From a virus, in IMG/VR virus record IMGVR_UViG_2785510761_000001: a DNA stretch of 64,000 nt; one strand, written 5' to 3'. Positions 34,421 to 43,974 of this stretch are shown piece after piece. Under the pieces are notes generated by a model, which was given only the letters and a program-made list of their open reading frames with translations, was not told the DNA's origin and searched no databases. The position numbers were made by a program, and so were the translations under genes. Positions within the stretch are counted from its first letter, which is position 1. Every line of letters starts with the position of its first letter.

Positions 34421-35195
34421 TCCCTACAGCGACAGATTCCCAGGACAGCGATTTGAGGTTCAACAGCACGACATTCTGCCGTTGCCCGTTCATCCCCAGC
34501 GACAGCACTGTGTGCTCGCGCGCGCCAACGCTTTCAGAGATGAGCTGAGACTCCGGCAGATGCCAGTGTCCGTGTGCATGAAGCAACGGCTGTATTCGGT
34601 CTGCGGCCTCCTGCACTAACGCCGCTCCCGCAAGCGAGTAGGCGCGGATCTCCTCGTTCAGCCCATACGGGTTCTTCACCCTGCCCAGAGCGACACCGTT
34701 CGAAGCGACAAGTGGTGCCTCATGGGTCAGGAGAATGTCAGCCATCCCACCCTCTGAGGCAACCGAGACGTCAAGCGGAGTAGGCAGCTCCTGGGGGAAC
34801 CAGTCCAGCCCTTCGGTGCAATATTCACGATCAATGGAAGCCGCTCCCGCCATCCAGGCGACAGTGCGGCCGCCAATGGACATGCGGCCGGCGCGGGGGA
34901 GCAGAGTGATAGCGGGGTACGTGGTTTGCTCCGAGCTCCACATCTCCCAGTCTTCGTGGTTACCGCCGAGCACGCGGAGGTCAACCTCGTGCTGTTCGCA
35001 GGCAGCATTCACCTCGCGGAGATATTTGCGCCCCAAAGGGTCACGTGGCCACCACCCGAAGTCGCCGACCTGGAAGATGACGGCTGTGCCGGCCTTGCGC
35101 GCAGCGGCAATAGCGTCGACTGCCCATCTTGCATCGACATGCCAGTCACCGGCCAGCGCCACCCGGCCGACGGAATCACTCACGTTGCTCATCAT
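34413..35195 (-). CDS. Calcineurin-like metallophosphoesterase
   Basis: GDWH, GDFG, GGNHE, THE, HGHWH; leaderless after motif at 35204-35212. Confidence 0.85.
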   Translation of the reverse strand: MMSNVSDSVGRVALAGDWHVDARWAVDAIAAARKAGTAVIFQVGDFGWWPRDPLGRKYLREVNAACEQHEVDLRVLGGNHEDWEMWSSEQTTYPAITLLPRAGRMSIGGRTVAWMAGAASIDREYCTEGLDWFPQELPTPLDVSVASEGGMADILLTHEAPLVASNGVALGRVKNPYGLNEEIRAYSLAGAALVQEAADRIQPLLHAHGHWHLPESQLISESVGAREHTVLSLGMNGQRQNVVLLNLKSLSWESVAVGSV

Positions 35196-35414
35196 GTGTT
35201 CAGAATGCGCGGTGACGGCGTCTCGGGAGTCTCCGGTGCGAGCGTCGCGCAGAACTGGACGCTCGCGATACGTTCGGAGAACAGCGTGAGTGCCGGATCT
35301 TCCCGCCGAGAGAACTGCGACAGGCCAGCCCAGTTCTCGTCCAGGGCGAGGCTAAGGTATTCCGCCGCCGTCCCCTGGGCGGCAGGCCCAGACCGCAGCG
35401 CGAAAGGTTAAAGG

Positions 35415-36077
35415 TTATTCGCCACGGGAGCCGCCTGCCAACGAAGAGTCGAGCTGCTCGAACTCGCCGAACTCTGATGCCAGCACCCTAACCGTGCGCT
35501 CACTCACCATCGCCATCAGCCTCTCAACGAGTACGCCGCGCAGCCCGAGCACCGTCACCTCAAGCAGTAGCTCGCTGTCAGGCGCATCGACCTGCACGCG
35601 AGCGAACGAATCCCAGACCCGAGCCGTGCCGTCGAGTTCCGCCCACCGTGACCGGAAAAAGTTCTGTGCTCGATCTGCGATGGTGAGAAGCTCAGTGTCA
35701 TCGCCAACCTGGTACCGGATTTGGGCCGTCCACCGCACTCCAGGGTCAGCTGCCCAGTCGAAGCCGATACGACGGTTCTCCACGGGGATGTCGCGGCTCG
35801 TAGCTCGCAATATCCCTCCGATCATGCCCATACTCAGGCCCAGATCGCGGTAAACGACCGCGGCCTCAGCATGTGCTCCCCACGCGAACCCGGCTTCTAT
35901 GCCGAGCGTGCGCTCCTCCTTCACCGAATCGTCGAGGATCCCGGGCTGCGGATACAGGAGATGGCTGGCGATAGGGGCCTCGCCGAGGCGCATGCTGTGC
36001 GCCATGCACGCGCGGGCATAATCGACGTTCAGACTGGTGCCGCCGGCATACGGCGACTCAAGAACCACAAGCCTCAT
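35415..36077 (-). CDS. Phage/plasmid-type hypothetical protein (ESPYAG..GEAPIASHLLY)
   Basis: N-terminus resembles small nucleoside-deoxyribosyltransferase-fold phage proteins; from recall only. Confidence 0.6.
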   Translation of the reverse strand: MRLVVLESPYAGGTSLNVDYARACMAHSMRLGEAPIASHLLYPQPGILDDSVKEERTLGIEAGFAWGAHAEAAVVYRDLGLSMGMIGGILRATSRDIPVENRRIGFDWAADPGVRWTAQIRYQVGDDTELLTIADRAQNFFRSRWAELDGTARVWDSFARVQVDAPDSELLLEVTVLGLRGVLVERLMAMVSERTVRVLASEFGEFEQLDSSLAGGSRGE

Positions 36078-36868
36078 CCCGCGGACGCCTCGGTCGCTAC
36101 GAACTCGTCATTACGCCGATCCGCCAGGTCTCGCACGTCGCCCACCCAGTCAGAATCCCGCTCGGGGAGCTCGGCATGGAGCTTGGCCATGAGTCGCAGA
36201 CTGTCTTCTGTGAAGCGGTCCCAGAACTCGTTTCGTCGCTCAAAGGCCAGCTCGGCTCTCGAGCAGGCACCCGACTCGATGCCATAGTCCGGATCCACGT
36301 CTTCGTCGTCGAGGCAACCAGCGCAGGCGGTTCCCTGAGGACTTGCGAGGCACACGTTCCAAGAGTGGTTGTCGTCGTACCAGTCCTGCGCCCGCCGCCA
36401 CTCGTTGGCCAGCGGGATGACTGCCACTGCTCGGTCGTAGTTCCGGGAGCGCAGACGGCCTCGCGCATTCTGAATGGCGTATCGCGCAGCGCCCAGAGTC
36501 GAGAGTGATCCCTCCCATGCCGGCCATCCGGGCTCCATCATGCAGTTGCGCTGAAGCCAGTCGTCGATCAGGTCGTCAACGCCGTCGTACTTTTCGTCAT
36601 CCTCGGGGTTGGTGTGCCCGCAGTGTTCGGACATGCTGTAGAGCTGCATGCTGGTGTGACGTGCGGCGGAAAGCTCGCGGCTGATCGCCTCGGTCGCCTC
36701 TGCAACCTGCACAGCGACGGACGGCCAGTGCACTACCGGGCATTTTCCGTCAGGCCCGCACCGACCGTATTCGATACGCCGTACGGTTCCCGGCTCATGG
36801 GCGGGGCCAGCTCGCCGCACAAGATGTGGGACTGGCCTGACATGGGTCCCAGGTACATGCCGACTCAT
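36074..36868 (-). CDS. Hypothetical protein
   Basis: Coupled ORF, 264 aa. Confidence 0.7.
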   Translation of the reverse strand: MSRHVPGTHVRPVPHLVRRAGPAHEPGTVRRIEYGRCGPDGKCPVVHWPSVAVQVAEATEAISRELSAARHTSMQLYSMSEHCGHTNPEDDEKYDGVDDLIDDWLQRNCMMEPGWPAWEGSLSTLGAARYAIQNARGRLRSRNYDRAVAVIPLANEWRRAQDWYDDNHSWNVCLASPQGTACAGCLDDEDVDPDYGIESGACSRAELAFERRNEFWDRFTEDSLRLMAKLHAELPERDSDWVGDVRDLADRRNDEFVATEASAG

Positions 36869-37218
36869 ACCAACTCCTCCCTCAGCAGCAGGTCGCTGCT
36901 GATCTCAAGACTGATCGATGTGTCCTCGGTGAGCTCCTCTTTCAGCGTCGAATAGATGTCATCGCTCGTGAGGTTTCCGTGACCGAGAATGAGCGTCGCG
37001 GTGAATGTCAGACCATCGCCATCATCAGAGACCACTGCGCCGCGCACTCGGCCGAGAGTTTGCAGCGCGAGGCTCCCCTTGGTGTAGAACCACTGAGCGT
37101 TGTCATCGTCACGCGCCCCGTCGAACGTGCAGATGTATGACTCCTGTGGAGCAACAAGCCTGACCTCAACGTAACGGCTGGGGTCTGTGCGGCCGAGCCG
37201 TTTCCACCAGCGCGTCAT
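36865..37218 (-). CDS. Hypothetical protein
   Basis: ATGA-coupled. Confidence 0.65.
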   Translation of the reverse strand: MTRWWKRLGRTDPSRYVEVRLVAPQESYICTFDGARDDDNAQWFYTKGSLALQTLGRVRGAVVSDDGDGLTFTATLILGHGNLTSDDIYSTLKEELTEDTSISLEISSDLLLREELV

Positions 37219-37805
37219 GCTTCGACCTGCTCGCGCCACGCATGCCATTCGCTGAGTGGCACGACTGCCCATTCAACGTCGGGCACTTTCGCGCTGGCGG
37301 CGAGCATTTCGTCCTCGCAGTCCTTCGAGCCCCAGTACACGAACAGCTCACCGGTCTCATCACGGAAAGTCACGCCGGGGCGATACAAACGGCCAGGAAC
37401 GAACGCCATGCCTGCCGCGCCGATCTCGTACAGCTCGTTCAGCATGTTCACACCGCTCAGCGTCTCAAGCTCAGCTTCGAGTTCCTTGCCCTTGTTAGTG
37501 CGTAGATCCGGCTTCCAGAAACCGGTCTGCGCGTCCAAGCGCCAGCCGCTACCCTTCGGCGGCTTCTCGCCGCTGCGGCACATCAGGCCGGTGATCTGAT
37601 TGCTGCTGTTGCGCATCAGCGGGCGATGATCGATGTGCTCACTGTCGTGTTCGTAGCGCTTGCCGACCTCACCGAACTCCGACGTCAGCTGGTCGGTGTA
37701 GACCCGACGTTTATCGCGCACCACCGTGTCACGCGCTACGACATCGCGGTACCAGTCAATGGCTTTCGGGCTGCTGGTCTTGTACACCAGAACTGCTGTC
37801 ATCAT
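37215..37805 (-). CDS. Hypothetical protein
   Basis: RBS GAGGAG, motif at 37848-37856. Confidence 0.75.
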   Translation of the reverse strand: MMTAVLVYKTSSPKAIDWYRDVVARDTVVRDKRRVYTDQLTSEFGEVGKRYEHDSEHIDHRPLMRNSSNQITGLMCRSGEKPPKGSGWRLDAQTGFWKPDLRTNKGKELEAELETLSGVNMLNELYEIGAAGMAFVPGRLYRPGVTFRDETGELFVYWGSKDCEDEMLAASAKVPDVEWAVVPLSEWHAWREQVEA

Positions 37806-37908
37806 TCTCTCCTCAGGGCTATGCGCCCCGACGGGGCTGCCCCTGTGAATGCGCGGCACCAAGGTGGAAGAGGTGTACGAGCGCTGTTGCGCGAGCTGCT
37901 GGTTGTGC

Positions 37909-38370
37909 TCAGCCGCGGCCAGCTAGTAGACCGGCGGGCTGAAACCATGATGTGGAACGGAGCCTTCGCAGCTGCTCGGTGGTCAGTTGCGCGCGGCCTC
38001 TGAGTTCGCCACCGTTCGCCTTGACGTGCTGTGCGTACCGCCAGGCTGCGAGCGATCGCTCATCAGGTTGAGGGGAGTGGTGGGACGGGTACCTGCCGGC
38101 CTCCGCAACGAATTCTTCGACCTGAGCGAACTGCTGGTTCCATCGGGCATCAGCCGCTCTATCGAGGAGCATCGGGGACCCTTCAAGCAAGGTCCGCTGC
38201 TCTTCTGACAGCGGTTTCCCAAGCCCGCCGAAGTACCTGCGGCGCTGTTCGCTCTGCCAGCGTTCAAGGCGACGCTCGGGGATGTCTCGGGATCTGTGCC
38301 GGGGGAGATGCCCGTGATCTGAGACGAACGCGTTGAAGCGGTCGAGGTTGCCCTTCCAAGCGACGTTCAT
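37909..38370 (-). CDS. Stand-alone helicase-associated (HA) domain protein, two repeats
   Basis: W...L..F...HGHLP.....ERRLERWQSEQR; W...F.....F...GRYP....ERSLAAWRYAQ. Confidence 0.75.
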   Translation of the reverse strand: MNVAWKGNLDRFNAFVSDHGHLPRHRSRDIPERRLERWQSEQRRRYFGGLGKPLSEEQRTLLEGSPMLLDRAADARWNQQFAQVEEFVAEAGRYPSHHSPQPDERSLAAWRYAQHVKANGGELRGRAQLTTEQLRRLRSTSWFQPAGLLAGRG

Positions 38371-38678
38371 GCTGCGCCTCCACTCACGCTGCGCTTCGCG
38401 CCGGGCTGCCAGGTGATGCCGGTACGTCGCTCTGCATCACGGTCTTCCTGCCGGAACTTGCGGATCATGAACGGGGAGTCCTCGTCACGCCAGTTCTCTC
38501 CGCCGTCGCGCTGCCACCGGTTGGACGCTTCACTGAGGTCGATGACGTTCTTCACTTCAACGTAGGTTTCCTGCATCCACAGCCCGAACATCGCGGACCG
38601 GTTCAGCATCTCATCCGACGGGTCGGAGAAACCGTGCAGCAGGTAGGTGTTTGCAAGGGCGATGAAGCCGTCAGGCAT
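38367..38678 (-). CDS. Hypothetical protein
   Basis: RBS GGAGG, motif at 38717-38725. Confidence 0.65.
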   Translation of the reverse strand: MPDGFIALANTYLLHGFSDPSDEMLNRSAMFGLWMQETYVEVKNVIDLSEASNRWQRDGGENWRDEDSPFMIRKFRQEDRDAERRTGITWQPGAKRSVSGGAA

Positions 38679-38729
38679 GAAAACCTCCAAGGGTCAGGGG
38701 CAAGGCTCACCTGACCAATGCGCGGTCTT

Positions 38730-38918
38730 TCAGATGGTCTTCGGTGATGCTCCGCTGGGTGGAGCGCCTTCAGATGTCGTTGTAGTCATCTGGATCGTTG
38801 GGCTCCTCAAGTTCGTCGTATCCTTCAGCCTCCTGCTGGTCTTCATCACCATGATCGGGGTCCTCCAGGAAGCTGAGGAATACGACTGGAAGCACGGCAA
38901 TGGCGAACCCGCCTGCAA
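38730..38918 (-). CDS. Possible small protein; uncertain
   Basis: Short ORF in the array, no clear RBS. Confidence 0.2.
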   Translation of the reverse strand: MQAGSPLPCFQSYSSASWRTPIMVMKTSRRLKDTTNLRSPTIQMTTTTSEGAPPSGASPKTI

Positions 38919-38942
38919 CTATGGCGGTGACAATGATCGGGT

Positions 38943-39644
38943 TCATACGTTCTCCTGGTTCGGTGCAGTAGTCCTGCTGTTTGCTCGCTTAGTGAGCGGC
39001 GGATTGAGGTCTTTTGAGTCCCCGCGCAGCCGGTCGCCCGCTTCGAGTGCCCAGCGCAGATCGTCAGCCAGGATCAAGTGACCAGATTCCTGCTCCTCGA
39101 TGAGTCGCTGGACAGCGCGCTGGGTGAGGATACCGCTCAGGCCTTTTACCCGTGCGTCGTGCGCCTCCTCCCATGCCGCGTTCTCTTGCGCGCGATGCAG
39201 GACAACGAAATTGCGGATTGAGCTGTACCACTCCACGTGGGAGAGCAGCGCCCTCGCATCAAGAACGGTTTTAGCAGCCGTCAGCTCGTCGCCCCGGCCC
39301 ACACAAGCACGCAGCTCCGAACGCAGGGCCGCGGTATCATCCCGGTCGGGGAGTGGGCCGATGTCGGCGCCTACATGCTCCTCCCAGTGGCGGGTCTGCA
39401 TGAGCGCGTCCCGATCTACCACCAGCCCTCGAAGATGCTTCGACGCAGCTCTGATCAGCGCAGGCAGCAGCTGACCTTCGGTCTCCCCGAACAGTGCTTC
39501 TGATTCTTGCTCGAGGAGTGACGCGAGCGTCGAAATGTCTGCAGTGTCACCGGTCACCTCACCGGAGACTGCAGCCTCCATGACACGGGCGCGGGATTCA
39601 GAAGCATCTGGCGTATCGCCTCGATGGGAATTCTGTTCAGGCAA
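38943..39644 (-). CDS. Hypothetical helical protein
   Basis: TTG start after GAAAGGGG. Confidence 0.65.
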   Translation of the reverse strand: MPEQNSHRGDTPDASESRARVMEAAVSGEVTGDTADISTLASLLEQESEALFGETEGQLLPALIRAASKHLRGLVVDRDALMQTRHWEEHVGADIGPLPDRDDTAALRSELRACVGRGDELTAAKTVLDARALLSHVEWYSSIRNFVVLHRAQENAAWEEAHDARVKGLSGILTQRAVQRLIEEQESGHLILADDLRWALEAGDRLRGDSKDLNPPLTKRANSRTTAPNQENV

Positions 39645-39845
39645 AACTGCCCCTTTCTCGTGCTGGCCGGTAACGTCAGCTGATGCGTTGGCCTGCGATC
39701 TGGAGTGGGCGCTCAGTACTGAACGCTCGGATACCGGAGCCGACGATCAACGGTCGGCGTTTCGGCATGAAGAAGTTCGCGTCGGTGCGCTTGCGGTTCA
39801 CTTCAGACCGTCGCCACACGATGCAGCTTTCGTCGCCGCTGTACC

Positions 39846-40316
39846 TCACGCAGCGATCCGCGTGTCCGTGGGAGCAGTCCTCAGCAGGCCGGCCTCTCGC
39901 GCCGCGACACCGGCACGACGTAGATCGCGCCTGCCGGCCACCTCGTCGCGTCCGAAGTCCAAAGTCGCCTCACGCCACCCGGGAATCTTCTCGTCAAGCT
40001 TCTGCAGCAGCGCTGAGCTCAAGCTGTCAGCCAGTGCGGCCTGCTGGGCGCTATCAAGCCACCCGGCGATCTTACGCTCACCCTGGTCTTCCGCGTGGAG
40101 CTGAGGCCAGCCCGGATCCTGATCTTCCAGCCGGAACAGCGACACTTCCACGATGCGGTTATCGAACATCGGCAGACGCAGCCTAGATGCGAGCGCCTGG
40201 TCCACAGCCCCGGGCTTGCGGGGGAAGCTTCGACGCACCGTGCGACTGTTCAGTTGAGCCAGCAGCTGCGCTTCATCTCGGGCGATCGCCCGGTCAATGT
40301 CGAAGCCGGCAGTCAC
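39846..40316 (-). CDS. Hypothetical protein
   Basis: GTGA-coupled. Confidence 0.55.
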   Translation of the reverse strand: MTAGFDIDRAIARDEAQLLAQLNSRTVRRSFPRKPGAVDQALASRLRLPMFDNRIVEVSLFRLEDQDPGWPQLHAEDQGERKIAGWLDSAQQAALADSLSSALLQKLDEKIPGWREATLDFGRDEVAGRRDLRRAGVAAREAGLLRTAPTDTRIAA

Positions 40317-40627
40317 TTGGACACCACACTGTTCAGTGCGTCCAGGAGTCGGTCATCGAGCTGGTGCCGAAGTGCGTGATCGCCTGCATTCAGCGCAGCC
40401 GCGGCGACGTTCCCGAAGCAGTGGCCGGAATCCTCCACGTCTGGGCCTTCTGCCCGCTCACGGAACACCCAGTACACGCCGTTATTGCAGGATATGAACA
40501 CATACTCCGGCTGGTCCGAATCAACACTCGCAGATGCTACCTGCACGCCAGACACTGGCAGTGGCGGCAGCCCGCGTCGATCGGGCTCCGGCGCGCGGTC
40601 AAGAATCCGGGGTTCGGGAACAGGCAT
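40313..40627 (-). CDS. Hypothetical protein
   Basis: Motif at 40671-40679. Confidence 0.55.
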   Translation of the reverse strand: MPVPEPRILDRAPEPDRRGLPPLPVSGVQVASASVDSDQPEYVFISCNNGVYWVFRERAEGPDVEDSGHCFGNVAAAALNAGDHALRHQLDDRLLDALNSVVSK

Positions 40628-40828
40628 GAGGAACTCCAATCAGTTGGCCCCAAAGATGGGGTGCTGATGGAATGCGCGGTGTGATCAGACGTCATCAGGA
40701 CAGTGCGCCAGTGGGCAGAGACCCCAGAGCATGACTATGGCGGTGAACGCGGCAGCAATCGTTCCGACGTCAGGCATGATGTGCCGTACATTCTGGAGAT
40801 GATGAGGCAAAAATTGAAGGCCAGGGTG

Positions 40829-40869
40829 CACAGAAGCCCCGAGAGAATAATTCCCTCAGGGCTTCTGTG
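40829..40869. terminator. Terminator-like hairpin after the large surface-protein gene
   Basis: 11-bp arms CACAGAAGCCC / GGGCTTCTGTG. Confidence 0.7.
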
Positions 40870-40898
40870 TGTTCATCGGTGGTTACCGCCGCCGGCAG

Positions 40899-43604
40899 CT
40901 AAGCCGAGCTACGCTTCCGGCCGATGAAGAACGCAGCAGCTCCCGCTGCGAGGAGCGCTCCGCCGAGCCCGACAAACAGGCCGGCCGAGACTCCACCGGT
41001 GCGCGCGAGCGTGCCATTCGTCTTGTCGACGGTCTCGCTCTTCACCGGATCAACCGGCCTCTTCGGTTCGGTCGGTTCTTTCGGATCCGTCGGCTTCGGG
41101 TCGACCGGCTTCGTGGGCTCGCACTTCTCGGTCGCGGGGATCTCGACGGTCCACTCCGAGGCCACGCCCTCTGCGAAGACGTATCCCTCGAGCGCGGTTG
41201 CCTTCACGGTGACCTTGTTGCCCTCGCGGGTCTGGGCGTACGAGACGCCCTCGGTCTCCGCGACGGCAATGGTACCTTCGACGCCACAAGCGGTAGCCGG
41301 AACCAGCACAGGAGCCACGGGGGTGACTTCCTTCGCGGGCTCAGGGCACTGCTCGGCAGCAGGAATCTCGAAGGTCCACTCGGCGGTTGCTCCGTCTGCG
41401 AAGACGTATCCGTCAAGCGGGGTCGCCTTTACAGTGACCTTGTTGCCCTCGCGACTCTGAGCGTAGGTAACGCCCTCGGCCTGCGGGGTGGACACGGTGT
41501 CCTCGACGCTGCACTCGGCGCTCTTGATGAGCTCGGGTGCCACAGGCGTGACTTCCGTCTCAGGATCCAGGCATGGGGTATCCGGCTGGAGGTCGAACTC
41601 CCACACAGACTGTGCGCCGTCCGCGAAAACGTAGCCCTCAAGTGCTGTCGCGGTCACAGTGATGTGATCACCCTCGCGAGTCTGGGTGTAAGTTACGCCT
41701 TCAACCTGGGGCGAGGAGACGCTGTGCACGACACCACACTCGGTGTCGATGACCTGCTGAGGTGCAACCGGAGTCACAGCCACGAGAGGCGGCTCGGTGA
41801 CTTCGGAGCGCTCTGAGTCGACGCCCCACTGATCCTCGGCGATGACCTTCCCGTCAGCGTCGTAGAGCGTCGCGAACCACTGCCAGCTACCTGCGTCGAG
41901 CTTGATGCCCTCGGAGGTGAACTCGCCGGCGGCATCCACCGCGATCTTCTTCTCACCCTTAATGGTCGGCTCAGCCGGACGCTGACCCTGGCCGCTCCAG
42001 GCGTAGACGTCGAACAGCAGGTATGAGCCTTCGGGCACGTCGCCGGTCACGGTTGCGATGTCGTAGACGAGGTCACCCTTCACTGCGCTGCCGGTCGCCT
42101 TTGTGGTGACCTTCGGCGCCTCGAAGCACTTCTCGATGGGCGGGATCTGCACCGTCCAGCTCCAGTACGACGGCTTCGGAGTCGCGGTCGTGTAGGAGTC
42201 ACTGGTTGGGCTCTTCTCTAGGATCCTGCCGCCGATGCTGCTGCCGTTGCTGTAACGGGCAGTCACCGTGATGATGTCGTCTGCGCGGGTTTGGTCGTAG
42301 GCAATGCCGTAGCGCTCGGGAGTTTCGACGGTAGCCTCGATACCGCACTCCTTGGCTTCCACGAGAACCGGAGCGCACTCCGCCTTGCTCGCTTCAAGTT
42401 CGGAGAGCTTGAGGTATGTATTCTCCACAGGAGGGCCGGTGTAGACCTCGCCGAACTTGCCGTTGAAGCGGGCCTCGAGCTCGATGGCGGGCTCGCCGTC
42501 CTTCTCAGCGATTCCGGTGTACCAGTTCCAGTTCGATGCGGAATGGGTGTACGCGACTCCACACTCCATGTAGGGTGCGGCCGGGGGAGTGTCGATCTCC
42601 ACAGCCGGGACAACTGTGACGCTGGCACTGAATGGCACGACATCAGCCTGTCCGCCTGCGCACTCAGTACCGACAACACGGGTGCCGTTGTCGTGCGAGT
42701 ACTCGTTGAGCTCGCAACCCATTGAGGGGATTCGCATCTCGCCCTTGATGGTGCCGTTCGCGCTCTGAGCGAAGACGTCGATCGGCACGTAGCCGTTCGC
42801 GTCAGTTCGGACAGTAATCCACCCGCTCTGGGGCATGATCAGCGGTGAGTTGATTCCCATGCCGGCCGGTGCAGTGAGGTGGTACTGCACCGGTGTGTGG
42901 GGAGCGGGCTTACCGTTGACGAGCAGCTGTGGGCGCGAGTCGTTGACCTGGCGGCCTTTGTAGTCGATGTCGAGGAACTGATTCGACCACGAGTAGCTCT
43001 TCTTGTCGAACGAGAAGACGAGCGTGCCGTCATCCCCGACCCCCTCGTTGAACTTCTTCGCCATATCCTCGAAGCCATCAGGGGTGATGTCCGCGGCGGA
43101 CCAGTCGAAGGTATCGAGCGAGCTCTTACCGTCTTCGGAGAACTGGTCGGAGATGATGCCGGCACTGACGCCGTACAGCGCCTCCTTCACATAGGGCGTC
43201 TTGGAACCCTCACCGGCCGCGCCAGTCTCGTACCCCCACTGGCCTGCGCCGGAGCCAGGGATCACGAGCGGGATATTGGCGGTGACAGCCTCGGCGTTCA
43301 GGTAAGCCCACTGGGCAGCACCGTAGCCGGGAGCGCCGGCCAGACCCTTGACCTCGGCGTAACCGCTCCCTGCGGGGGTCTCCGAGTCGAGCGGAACCGC
43401 GGTCGTCAATGGGTCTACAGACCAGAAGCCAACCTGGTCACCTGAAGCTTCAACGCCCTTGTAGGCCACGCCATCCACCTGTCCGCTGGCATAGGCTGCC
43501 TGAGGGAGCGCGATAGACGCTGTGAGCGCAAGTGCAACGCCAGCAGCGCTGGCAACCTTAGAAGATCGCAACATCCCTCTCTTCTTCATGGGGGTGTCCT
43601 TCAT
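40899..43604 (-). CDS. Large sortase-anchored surface protein (LARTG) with ~70-aa Cys-containing repeats
   Basis: Signal peptide ending AAYA; repeats VTPVAP..CG/CS..EGVTYxQTREG..VTV.AT.L.GYVFA.G...W; LARTG+TM+RKRS. Confidence 0.9.
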   Translation of the reverse strand: MKDTPMKKRGMLRSSKVASAAGVALALTASIALPQAAYASGQVDGVAYKGVEASGDQVGFWSVDPLTTAVPLDSETPAGSGYAEVKGLAGAPGYGAAQWAYLNAEAVTANIPLVIPGSGAGQWGYETGAAGEGSKTPYVKEALYGVSAGIISDQFSEDGKSSLDTFDWSAADITPDGFEDMAKKFNEGVGDDGTLVFSFDKKSYSWSNQFLDIDYKGRQVNDSRPQLLVNGKPAPHTPVQYHLTAPAGMGINSPLIMPQSGWITVRTDANGYVPIDVFAQSANGTIKGEMRIPSMGCELNEYSHDNGTRVVGTECAGGQADVVPFSASVTVVPAVEIDTPPAAPYMECGVAYTHSASNWNWYTGIAEKDGEPAIELEARFNGKFGEVYTGPPVENTYLKLSELEASKAECAPVLVEAKECGIEATVETPERYGIAYDQTRADDIITVTARYSNGSSIGGRILEKSPTSDSYTTATPKPSYWSWTVQIPPIEKCFEAPKVTTKATGSAVKGDLVYDIATVTGDVPEGSYLLFDVYAWSGQGQRPAEPTIKGEKKIAVDAAGEFTSEGIKLDAGSWQWFATLYDADGKVIAEDQWGVDSERSEVTEPPLVAVTPVAPQQVIDTECGVVHSVSSPQVEGVTYTQTREGDHITVTATALEGYVFADGAQSVWEFDLQPDTPCLDPETEVTPVAPELIKSAECSVEDTVSTPQAEGVTYAQSREGNKVTVKATPLDGYVFADGATAEWTFEIPAAEQCPEPAKEVTPVAPVLVPATACGVEGTIAVAETEGVSYAQTREGNKVTVKATALEGYVFAEGVASEWTVEIPATEKCEPTKPVDPKPTDPKEPTEPKRPVDPVKSETVDKTNGTLARTGGVSAGLFVGLGGALLAAGAAAFFIGRKRSSA

Positions 43605-43910
43605 GTGTGTTCCTTCCCACCTGCGATCCCGTTTAGTGAGGGCAGGCGTTCATGTTGCGGAGTGACTGGCAAGTAGCACCCTTTGAACCCAGCTTGTGTG
43701 GGCCAATTGGAATTACTGACGGCGTTGCCTGGGTGGCAAAAGCCTCACGGACTCATCCCTCGGGGGCCGAACTCCGAAACTTCCCAAATGGACTCCTGGG
43801 TTGGACCCAGCAGCCTTGGGAGATTTGGGCTCTTGCTCATCCGAGTAAGGCCCTTTGGTATCCGTGATTCGGGTGCGCCAGTAGCTGCATAGTTGAGGTG
43901 CTCAGATCTA

Positions 43911-43965
43911 AATGCGCGGCACCCCATCGACGTAGTGCAGCTCTGATATCTCAGCCCCGCGCATT
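43911..43965. promoter_or_regulatory. Back-to-back divergent CCGCGCATT promoters at the strand switch
   Basis: Minus copy at 43911-43919, plus copy at 43957-43965 with ATG at 43975. Confidence 0.7.
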
Positions 43966-43974
43966 TGCAGTCAC

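Noticed and set aside
43740-43785. Hammerhead ribozyme (minus strand GATGAGTCCGTGAGG; plus strand CGAAAC)
   Set aside because: The CUGAUGA core is not intact (GGGAUGA) and the GAAA element is on the opposite strand.
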